Position numbers and translations under genes: made by a program. Shown one piece after another: positions 16,940-24,479 of a stretch of DNA of 32,000 bases. The stretch's first letter is position 1, and each line of letters opens with the position of its first letter. The stretch spans positions 674,048 to 706,047 of the forward strand of contig NC_000909.1 in assembly GCF_000091665.1 (NCBI RefSeq), read 5' to 3'. A model generated the notes under the pieces. It was given only the letters and a program-made list of their open reading frames with translations. It did not search any database and was not told the DNA's origin. The stretch is from Methanocaldococcus jannaschii DSM 2661 (lineage in GTDB: Archaea; AGJL01; Methanococci; Methanococcales; Methanocaldococcaceae).

Positions 16940-17603
16940 CTAAATCCCCAATATTTTTTAGAATCTCTTTTGCCAGTCTGCTTTGAGTGTAAGTTTCAAT
17001 GTAGTTTATGTTCTTATGCTTGGTTATTTTTGCTAAGACTTGTGCTGGGATGCCATGTTCTCCCAAGTAAGTAACATAGGCATACCTCAGGGAGTGAGTA
17101 TTAATTCCATAATTTTTATAAAGCCAAGCTCCAAATCTCTTAACAATCTTTTTCTTTGCTTTTAACTTTTCATCCATTGTTAGCTTTTCATCAATCTCCT
17201 TTTTAATGTCTAAAAAAACATCCCTAACCATTTCAATATCCTCTTTTTTAATGCATTTTGGTATAATCAGCTCTCTAAACTCCCAATCCTTCCTCTTCTG
17301 AGTCCTAACTTTAACAGTTATCCTCTCATTCCAATTAAGATTGTCTATATTGATGGCTATGTTTATCATCCCAGCTATAGCCTCCCAAATCCTACAACCA
17401 TTCCTTAATTGGAATAAAAAAGTTATAAGATAAGCTATTCTCTTGTAATCATCTTCATAAAGTAATTCCTTGTTTTTCAATTTCTGCAAATCTTCTTTAA
17501 ACATTTTATAGGTTTGTTTGTAATCAATGCCTTTATCCCATGTGCCGCTATGTTTTTTAATACTTTCAGAAGGTTTCGATAGATTCCAATCCCATATCAT
17601 CAT
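16932..17603 (-). CDS. Tyrosine recombinase / integrase (compact, catalytic domain only)
   Basis: Catalytic signature: R in NGCRIWEA, HxLR in THSLRYAY, H/K in ITKHKN, nucleophile Y in YIETYTQ. Confidence 0.75.
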   Translation of the reverse strand: MMIWDWNLSKPSESIKKHSGTWDKGIDYKQTYKMFKEDLQKLKNKELLYEDDYKRIAYLITFLFQLRNGCRIWEAIAGMINIAINIDNLNWNERITVKVRTQKRKDWEFRELIIPKCIKKEDIEMVRDVFLDIKKEIDEKLTMDEKLKAKKKIVKRFGAWLYKNYGINTHSLRYAYVTYLGEHGIPAQVLAKITKHKNINYIETYTQSRLAKEILKNIGDLDD

Positions 17604-17691
17604 GTCACCAAAAATTTATTGTCAATTTAGCTAAATTTATATAGTAAGTTATCTAAAAAAGTTTTTAATTGTAATTTTATAAAATCGTAAG

Positions 17692-18384
17692 GTGAATAAA
17701 TTGGTAAAGAAGGTTTATGGTGTTGGTGTAGGTGTTGGAGACAAAAAGCTATTAACATTAAAGGCATTAGAGGTTTTAAAAAAAGTAGATAAAATCTTTG
17801 TCCCAGTATCTAAAAAGGGGAAGAAATCTATTGCCTATGAAATTATAAAGGATTATGTTGATGGGAAGAATATTGAAGAACTTTTATTCCCCATGATTAA
17901 AGATAAAGAGAGGCTAAAAAAATACTGGGAAAATGCTTTAGAGAAGGTTTTAAAAGAAGATGGAGAAGTAGCTATAATAACCATTGGAGACCCTACATTG
18001 TATAGCACATTCTCCTATGTCTGGAAACTTTTAAAAGAAAGAGGGGTTGAGGTAGAGATAGTTAATGGCATTTCATCAATATTTGCCTCTGCAGCTGCTT
18101 TAAATATTCCATTAGTTGAAGGAGATGAAAAACTCTGCATTTTACCTCAAGGAAAGGATTTGGAAAAATATATTGATGAATTCGACACTATAATTATTAT
18201 GAAGACAAAGAATTTAAATGAGAAGCTATCAGTTATAAAAAATAGAGATGATTATATAATTGGGTTGGTAAAGAGGGCAACTTTTGAAGATGAAAAAGTA
18301 GTAATTGGTAAGTTAGACGAAATCAACTTTGATGAATTTAATGACTATCTCTCCTTAGCTATAATAAAGAGGTTTAAGAGATGA
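17692..18384 (+). CDS. cbiL: Cobalt-factor II / precorrin-2 C20-methyltransferase
   Basis: Tetrapyrrole methylase N-terminus VYGVGVGVGDKKLLTLKALEVLKKVDKIFVP, then ITIGDPTLYSTFSY. GTG start per the track. Confidence 0.8.
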   Translation: MNKLVKKVYGVGVGVGDKKLLTLKALEVLKKVDKIFVPVSKKGKKSIAYEIIKDYVDGKNIEELLFPMIKDKERLKKYWENALEKVLKEDGEVAIITIGDPTLYSTFSYVWKLLKERGVEVEIVNGISSIFASAAALNIPLVEGDEKLCILPQGKDLEKYIDEFDTIIIMKTKNLNEKLSVIKNRDDYIIGLVKRATFEDEKVVIGKLDEINFDEFNDYLSLAIIKRFKR

Positions 18385-19442
18385 AAATAATAAAAGCAGT
18401 TCCAGAAGAGTTTTTAAATGGATTGTATTTAATTCCAACTGACAGAGGGAATTTATTGGAATTAGATGAAAACGGAAATTTTGAGGTAGTTAATAATATA
18501 GCCATAATTAGGGTTTTAGCAACACCAAATTTAAAAAAGGCTATAGCCAAGATTGTCTATCAAATTAAAGATAAATACTACTTATTTAAAAATCATAAAA
18601 AAGCAAACTGGCTGAAAAATCTCTTAGAATATATGAACAATAAGATAGAGTTCGATAAATATTATAGAGCCAAAAAGGCATGGTATAGAGGAATAGGGGA
18701 TTTATTTAGAAATATAAGAAAATGGGAATTTGAAAAAGTTGTTGGAAAGATAATCTCACTATTAAAGGTTTTGAATCCAATAGTTGTCTTTGATGTTCAT
18801 GATATAAGAAAATGGCATTATAGGAAGAGTTTTATAAACTTTGTTAAAGAATTAAGGAAAAATAGTATAAGTGTTGTAATAAGATATCCAATTGACTGTC
18901 ATGAAGAGATTAGGGAGATTTTTCCAGAAGGCATTTTAAATACAAAAGCAACCATAAGATACTTTGCAAAGGTTCATGGTTATTATATAAGCGATAGAGT
19001 GGCTGAATATCTCCTAAAAATAACCAATGGAAACTTAGAAACAATATATTTGATATTAAGACACTCAAAAAGAGAGATAAAAAATCTTAGAGAGCTAAAA
19101 ATTCCATGGCTTAGGATTTTACCATATATAGTAGATTCGAAATATCGAAAATTGGTTGAAGTTATAATTGAACTAAGAAAGTTCAAAGTTGAAGATATTA
19201 CTTATAAAGTTAATTACAAATTATCAACCATATACAGATATTTAGATGAGTTGGTTGAGTTAGGAATACTGACAAAAATAAAACATAAAGGCAAAGTAAG
19301 ATTTAAAATAAGATTGAACAGAAATATTTTATTAACTCTCCTCAAAAAATCTAAAAATAACTATTTGCATTGGTTCTCTATTTTCTTGTTAGATAGCATA
19401 CCTTGGGATATACAGATTTTCGAATTTTCGAAAAGTATATAA
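18381..19442 (+). CDS. Winged-helix protein with a possible degenerate AAA+-like core (no intact P-loop)
   Basis: ATGA overlap with the cbiL stop. C-terminal wHTH is YKLSTIYRYLDELVELGILTKIKHKGKVRFKI. It has a Walker-B-like PIVVFDVHD and a lid-like ISDRVAEYLLKITNGNLETIYLILRHS. No GxxxxGK[ST]; YRGIGDLF may be a vestige. Confidence 0.5.
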   Translation: MKIIKAVPEEFLNGLYLIPTDRGNLLELDENGNFEVVNNIAIIRVLATPNLKKAIAKIVYQIKDKYYLFKNHKKANWLKNLLEYMNNKIEFDKYYRAKKAWYRGIGDLFRNIRKWEFEKVVGKIISLLKVLNPIVVFDVHDIRKWHYRKSFINFVKELRKNSISVVIRYPIDCHEEIREIFPEGILNTKATIRYFAKVHGYYISDRVAEYLLKITNGNLETIYLILRHSKREIKNLRELKIPWLRILPYIVDSKYRKLVEVIIELRKFKVEDITYKVNYKLSTIYRYLDELVELGILTKIKHKGKVRFKIRLNRNILLTLLKKSKNNYLHWFSIFLLDSIPWDIQIFEFSKSI

Positions 19443-19584
19443 TAATTAATAGTATTCATACTCAACTTAATGACAGTATTAATATTTATTGATTGTGTAA
19501 AGTTATGACAAAACTTTGTTTTCTTTTTTGGCATATAATTAATATTTTAAGAAACTTAATTTAAATATAAATTTCTTAAAAGGT

Positions 19585-19616
19585 TTTCGAATTTTCGAGT
19601 TACATGTATGTATATG
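19585..19616 (+). repeat. Left arm of the 32-nt inverted repeat
   Basis: TTTCGAATTTTCGAGTTACATGTATGTATATG, read directly from the sequence. Confidence 0.9.
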
Positions 19617-19928
19617 CAGAAAATCTTCGCCTAACTTAAAAAATGGTTGTGAATATCGCAAGCACAACTATTATACTATTGTACTTTTTTTCACAATATA
19701 AGTTAAAATAGTAAAAATTTTTTATTTTATATTTTAATATTAATTATTGTAAAATATTTCCAATAAATATTGTTAAAAAATGTTATTTTAAAAAAATAAA
19801 AATAAAAAAACCATAATTAGCTCTAAAACTCTAACGTTATACGTTTATAATACAAAATAGTGTATAATATCCTTTACTCTAATTTTGCGATAATTCGTTT
19901 TTCAGAAAAAGTTGTCCATTCTGTTGGT

Positions 19929-19960
19929 CATATACATACATGCAACTCGAAAATTCGAAA
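19929..19960 (-). repeat. Right arm of the 32-nt inverted repeat (31/32 identical to the left arm)
   Basis: The reverse complement of 19929-19960 is TTTCGAATTTTCGAGTTGCATGTATGTATATG. It lies 4 nt from the stop codon of the 175-aa gene. Confidence 0.9.
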
Positions 19961-19964
19961 TTCG

Positions 19965-20492
19965 TTAATCTTGATTTTTCAATGTTTTATAGAGCCGTTT
20001 CAAATAATCAATGTGTTTGCATGTATCACTCTGACAGATAACACACCACCAATAGCCTTTATTGCTTCTAAAAACATCACCTAAATGCTCTCCATTGGAA
20101 TCAAAGAATGAAAATACTATTCCTCCAAGTTTATCCTCTTTCCAGCTGATTTCAAACCCTATTTTATCCACTGGGTAATACTTAGTGGCAATTTTCTTTT
20201 TAGGTAATTGTTCGAAAACACTCGAAAAACTCAAATCGAATATTTCTGGAGCCAATCTTTTTAATATCGCCAATCCTTTTGATGTAAATGAATATAAAAC
20301 TTTATGTCCCGCTCTTTCTCTCTTCATTATATTTAGAGCCGAACATAGCCTCAAAAAAGAGCTTGCAAGACCTTTCGATATATTTAAATTTTCTGCGAGT
20401 GATTGTGGATAGGTTGTGCCACGTATTAACACATAATGTAAAATCGCCTTTCTAAATATAGTTGATACTATTTCATAAGGCAATCTTTCCAT
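19965..20492 (-). CDS. Winged-helix DNA-binding protein with C-terminal SWIM-like zinc finger
   Basis: wHTH: TYPQSLAENLNISKGLASSFLRLCSALNIMKRERAGHKVLYSFTSKGL. C-terminus: WWCVICQSDTCKHIDYLKRL (CxxC...CxH). GGGTG box upstream of the ATG at 20490-20492. Confidence 0.6.
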   Translation of the reverse strand: MERLPYEIVSTIFRKAILHYVLIRGTTYPQSLAENLNISKGLASSFLRLCSALNIMKRERAGHKVLYSFTSKGLAILKRLAPEIFDLSFSSVFEQLPKKKIATKYYPVDKIGFEISWKEDKLGGIVFSFFDSNGEHLGDVFRSNKGYWWCVICQSDTCKHIDYLKRLYKTLKNQD

Positions 20493-20581
20493 ATTTACAC
20501 CCAGTATTCCTAATAACTATTATTGTTGTGATTTTGTTTTGTTGATACTCAATTATATTTGACATACTCGTTTATAAAACT

Positions 20582-21049
20582 TTTGATTCATGGGATTGTT
20601 TTAACCCCTATGTGTTGGGTGTAGTAATACTAACATTTTAAGAACGTCTCTTTGAGTATGTTTCTATATTGTACCAATATTTATCTCTTTCTATTATTTT
20701 GTTGTTATATGCTATTTTTTACTAATAATTCTTAGATTTAATATACTGTTAATTTACATATAATCTTTGATTCATAGTTTTTTATTGGTTATATTATTTG
20801 ATTCACGATATCTTATTTTTAATATTTTGAAGCAATTCCTATGAGAAGAATTAAAATTAACTTTATTTCATTAGAATAATATATATATTATATTTAATTT
20901 CATTCAAGTTTATTTCTGAAAATAATAATCACTTATTCTATATGAAATATTGTTTGATTCATTAGATTTTTTAATTTTATTGTTTGATTCATGAGATTTT
21001 TAATAAACTTTATAATAAAACATTTAAATTTAAGAATAATTGATTCAAT
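20582..21049 (+). repeat. Array of six co-oriented TTTGATTCA(T) boxes in the divergent intergenic region
   Basis: Boxes at 20582-20591, 20766-20775, 20797-20806 (..CAC), 20953-20962, 20983-20992 and 21040-21049 (ATTGATTCAAT variant). The boxes at 20948-20971 and 20978-21001 sit in 24-nt repeats with one mismatch, 30 bp apart. A degenerate copy TTTATTTCATTAG lies at 20862-20874. Confidence 0.8.
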
Positions 21050-21179
21050 CTATCTTTCGATTTTTCGAAATCTATATAACGTTCTTAAGACAAAAGTTCG
21101 AAATCAATGGAAAATATTGTAGATAATTAGTAGATAATTAATTTAAATAAATTAATTTATATTTTATTGCGGTGGAAAC

Positions 21180-22409
21180 ATGGACCCAATAGAGTTTATA
21201 CAAAAATCTGCAAGCTCTATAGCAAGCACCATGCATAAATTAAAATTAAAATACAATCCATTTTCTGAAAAGCCAATAAGGGGAAATACAAAGTTTTTTG
21301 TAGGTAGAGTTAGCGAGTTAAGGGAAATTGGAGAAATTTTAGGTTCTGCATTGCATGGTAGTGTTGCTAACGCTGCAATAGTTGGAACTAAGGGGATAGG
21401 GAAGAGTTCAATGCTAAACATCATATACTATGCAACAAAAAAGCAGGGACATTGGGTTGTTGAGATGACTGCCTCTCAGGTAACACCAAGGCAGTTTTTG
21501 ATACAGCTCTTATACAATATATTAACTGAAAACATCATAACCATGAGTGGAACGATAAAATCTGATTACATGGAACATTCAAGTAGAATTTTAGATATGT
21601 ATAGGAAGTTAAACAACTATGGGGATAAAGTTCCTATCCACTATCCAAGGGAGAGGATTGAGAGGGATTTGGAATATCTAATAAATGAAGTTAAAAGTCC
21701 TGATAAGTTATGTATAATTTTAATTGATGAAGCTGACCAATTTGCAAAAAAGAGCTGTTTAAGTTTATTACAATTTTTCCACTCGTTTTTGTATGAAGAG
21801 GGAATTTTAACGTTTATGGCTGGTTCTCCAACATTGATGGATGATTTAACAAAGATATCTCCACCAATAAAGGATAGAATTCCAAAAATAATAAATATGC
21901 CTCCTTTATCAAAAGATGAGTCCTATGATTTAATTAGAAGAAGATTGGAAGATGCTCATATTGATGGAGCAGAGGAGTTTGAGCCGTTTACTGAAGAGGC
22001 TATTCATAAAATTGTTGAAGAGTGTGACGGAATTCCAAGAAAGATAATAATGACATGCTCTGAATCAATATCAATAGCTATAAGAAAGGGTTTAACTAAA
22101 ATAGATGAGAAGGTTGTTAAAGAGGCTATGCATTCTCTTGGCATTAGTGTAGGACATCAAATTCTAAACCACTTAACTCCTGCCCAATCAGAGATTGTTA
22201 GGGCAATGGCTGAGCTTGGAGGTTCAGCAACGGTAACACAATTAGCTGAATATTTAAAAAAATCACCAAGTACTATTGGAACTCATCTCTCTGACATCTA
22301 TGAGATGGGATATATTTATAAAGAAAGGGAAGGAAACAACGTATATTATAAACTATCTAAAGAACTTAGGGATGTCTTAATAGGTGAAGATGATGAATTG
22401 GAGATGTGA
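21180..22409 (+). CDS. Divergent Orc1/Cdc6-like AAA+ ATPase with C-terminal winged helix
   Basis: Walker A GTKGIGKSS, Walker B LCIILIDEAD, lid-like FTEEAIHKIVEECDGIPRKIIMTCSESISIA. C-terminal wHTH ATVTQLAEYLKKSPSTIGTHLSDIYEMGYIYKEREGNNVYYKLS. GGTGG box at 21171-21175. Confidence 0.7.
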   Translation: MDPIEFIQKSASSIASTMHKLKLKYNPFSEKPIRGNTKFFVGRVSELREIGEILGSALHGSVANAAIVGTKGIGKSSMLNIIYYATKKQGHWVVEMTASQVTPRQFLIQLLYNILTENIITMSGTIKSDYMEHSSRILDMYRKLNNYGDKVPIHYPRERIERDLEYLINEVKSPDKLCIILIDEADQFAKKSCLSLLQFFHSFLYEEGILTFMAGSPTLMDDLTKISPPIKDRIPKIINMPPLSKDESYDLIRRRLEDAHIDGAEEFEPFTEEAIHKIVEECDGIPRKIIMTCSESISIAIRKGLTKIDEKVVKEAMHSLGISVGHQILNHLTPAQSEIVRAMAELGGSATVTQLAEYLKKSPSTIGTHLSDIYEMGYIYKEREGNNVYYKLSKELRDVLIGEDDELEM

Positions 22410-23334
22410 TGTTCAAAATTTTGAGCCAGATGTTAAAATATCATTAACAAGAGTTGGAGTTACAAATCTAAAAAAACTTGTTAGATTAAAGAGAACAAAT
22501 AAAAGACCAATAATATTGTTATCTACGTTTGAGGTTTTTGTTAATTTGCCGAGTTCTCAGAAAGGAATACACATGTCAAGAAATCCTGAAGTTATAGAGG
22601 GAATAATAGATGAGGCTTTAGAGTTGGAGAGTTATGAGATGGAGACAATTTGTGAGGAGATAGTTAAGAGGTTGTTTGAGAAGCATGAATATGCCACAGA
22701 GGCAGAGGTTTTTATGGTTAGTGATTTCATGACTAAGGAGAAAAGCCCTATATCTGGGAAGTATTCCCAGGAGATTCACAAAATCATGGGTGGAGCTAAG
22801 GGAATAAAGAAGGATGATGAAATTGAATTAACAAAGATTGTTGGGGCCGAGGTTGTTGGTATCACTGCTTGTCCATGTGCTCAAAATTTAATAAAGGAGA
22901 TATGTATTAAAAACTTAAAGGAAAAAGGCTTTTCTGATGAAGATATTGATAAAATATTGGATTCTGTTATATTTGCCACTCATAATCAGAGAGGAATTGG
23001 TAGAATTATATTGGAAGTTCCTACCGGATATGATATTGAGATTATGGATATCATAGAAATAATTAAAAAATCCATGAGTGCTGAGATTCATGGAATATTA
23101 AAGAGAGCTGATGAAGCTTATGTTGTTGAACAAAGCCATAAAAACCCTAAGTTTGTTGAGGATTGTGTTAGGGAGATGGCTAAAAGGGTAGTGGAGAAAT
23201 TTAAACACTTACCAGATGAGACGAAGGTTTTAATTAGGCAGATAAATATGGAGAGTATTCATAGACATGACGCATTTGCTGAAAAGGTTGCTACATTGGG
23301 GGAATTAAGAAGAGAGCTTTTAAGCTATGAATAA
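22390..23334 (+). CDS. mptA: GTP cyclohydrolase MptA (FolE2/MptA family; first step of the methanopterin pterin branch)
   Basis: The track ORF starts at GTG 22384; ATGs at 22390 and 22393 are alternatives, and all overlap the upstream gene's end. Family motifs: QKGIHMSR, GITACPCAQ, THNQRG. Confidence 0.8.
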   Translation: MMNWRCDVQNFEPDVKISLTRVGVTNLKKLVRLKRTNKRPIILLSTFEVFVNLPSSQKGIHMSRNPEVIEGIIDEALELESYEMETICEEIVKRLFEKHEYATEAEVFMVSDFMTKEKSPISGKYSQEIHKIMGGAKGIKKDDEIELTKIVGAEVVGITACPCAQNLIKEICIKNLKEKGFSDEDIDKILDSVIFATHNQRGIGRIILEVPTGYDIEIMDIIEIIKKSMSAEIHGILKRADEAYVVEQSHKNPKFVEDCVREMAKRVVEKFKHLPDETKVLIRQINMESIHRHDAFAEKVATLGELRRELLSYE

Positions 23335-23380
23335 TTTCACGCTCTTTTTATTTAGCTGTTTATATTTTATAGGTGGTAAT

Positions 23381-24478
23381 TTGAAAGCTTTGGTTTTAGG
23401 TATCAACACAAGGCCTGTAGTTAATTCTCTTAAAAAATTAGGATTTTATGTATATTCAGTCTCTTACTACGCCCCAGAAGATTTAAATGCTGATGAGAAA
23501 TATTATTTGATAAATCCTTTAGTTCATGGAAGATTAAAAGAAAACTATGATGAAAACAAATTAATTGAAATAGCTAATAAATTAGCTGATGAAGTTGATT
23601 GTATCTTTATAACTTCAGGTGTTTTTGAATTCGAAAATTCGAAAATTCCAGGATGGGATAATGTTATAGGTAATGGGCCAAAAAAGATAAATGAAATCAG
23701 TAACAAATATAAAACATATAAGAAATTAAAAAATCTTGGTTTTAATATACCAGAAACTAAGAAAATAAACAATAAGACTCAATTATATAAATTTTTGGAA
23801 GAATTTAAAACCTGCATTTTAAAGCCTATCTACGGGAGTGGAGGAAGTATTTTAAAGATAGAATTAAATAACTTTGATGATGAGATAATTAATGAAATTA
23901 AGTTCCCAATTATTGCTCAGGAATATATTAGAGGGAAAAGTTTTAGTGCCAACTTTATAGGCAATACATTTATAACCTTTAACAAACAAATTATAATTAA
24001 GGGAATGTATGCTGGGAATTTAACTCCATATATTAATTTACCAAATAAGTTTGTTGAAATATTTGGTGAGGTTATAGAATCTTTTGAATTAAAAGGAATG
24101 AGTGGCATTGATTTTTTGATTAAAGATAATGGTCCTTATATTGTTGATATAAATCCTCGCATTTTAGGAACTTATGAGACCATAGAGATGAGTGCATCTC
24201 AAAATTTGGCAATGGTTTTGCTAAATAATAAGTATGCCAAGGAGATTAAACCAAGAAAAGTATATATAAAAAGAATATTGTTTGCTAAAGAGAAAATTAT
24301 CGCTAATATATCAAAAAGGGACTTTATACATGATATTCCAAAGAAAAATGCAGTTATAGAGAAAGGAGAGCCTATAGCTACAGTAATTGCAAAAGAAAAC
24401 ATTAAATCAATAATAAACAGTGTTTATGAGGAGTGTGCAGAGTATGAGAAAAGAAAAGAAGATAGAGAGAATATATGA
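23381..24478 (+). CDS. ATP-grasp domain protein of unknown substrate
   Basis: The track ORF starts at 23327. I favour TTG at 23381 (AGGTGG at 23371-23376), giving MKALVLGINTRP. ATP-grasp blocks: ILKPIYGSGGS, IAQEYIRG, MSGIDFLIKDNGPYIVDINPR. Confidence 0.7.
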   Translation: MKALVLGINTRPVVNSLKKLGFYVYSVSYYAPEDLNADEKYYLINPLVHGRLKENYDENKLIEIANKLADEVDCIFITSGVFEFENSKIPGWDNVIGNGPKKINEISNKYKTYKKLKNLGFNIPETKKINNKTQLYKFLEEFKTCILKPIYGSGGSILKIELNNFDDEIINEIKFPIIAQEYIRGKSFSANFIGNTFITFNKQIIIKGMYAGNLTPYINLPNKFVEIFGEVIESFELKGMSGIDFLIKDNGPYIVDINPRILGTYETIEMSASQNLAMVLLNNKYAKEIKPRKVYIKRILFAKEKIIANISKRDFIHDIPKKNAVIEKGEPIATVIAKENIKSIINSVYEECAEYEKRKEDRENI

Positions 24479-24479
24479 G

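Larger units (their letters stand above)
19443..19964. other. Candidate replication origin core: inverted ORB-like repeats flanking an A+T-rich segment (alternative: foldback/MITE-like element)
   Basis: This 522-bp non-coding gap lies between convergent gene ends. It holds the 32-nt inverted repeats at 19585-19616 and 19929-19960 and a 312-bp spacer with long A/T runs. Confidence 0.4.

Noticed and set aside
16375-17687. 9-nt direct repeat ATAAAATCG (16375-16383 and 17679-17687) as att sites flanking the recombinase cassette
   Set aside because: A 9-mer of this composition is easily expected by chance in flanks this A+T-rich, and there is no extended similarity around it. I keep it only as a place to look if comparative genomes reveal an empty site.
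19585-19960. Invertible promoter switch (inverton) acted on by the nearby tyrosine recombinase
   Set aside because: Both flanking genes point into the element with their 3' ends, so inversion would not switch either promoter. The 32-nt arms are also far longer than typical recombinase crossover sites. This is not fully excluded, but long-read structural-variant analysis would be needed to revive it.
19860-20084. 74-aa plus-strand ORF spanning the right inverted-repeat arm
   Set aside because: It starts in the A+T-rich spacer and runs antisense into the 3' end of the 175-aa wHTH gene. It has no ribosome-binding box and an implausible composition, so it is most likely an artefact of the open antisense frame.
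20948-21001. Two 24-nt repeats at 30-bp spacing as a mini CRISPR array
   Set aside because: There are only two copies. The 'spacer' would be just 6 nt, the repeat has no palindromic core typical of CRISPR repeats, and no cas genes are nearby. It fits better as part of the TTTGATTCA binding-site array.
20638-21088. 10-bp inverted repeat TTAAGAACGT / ACGTTCTTAA enclosing most of the TTTGATTCA array
   Set aside because: It is a single short pair within about 700 bp of biased-composition DNA. By a rough estimate the chance expectation is not negligible, and the match does not extend beyond 10 bp.
21164-21424. 86-aa minus-strand ORF overlapping the start of the AAA+ gene
   Set aside because: It is antisense to a gene with clear Walker motifs, and no start context supports it.
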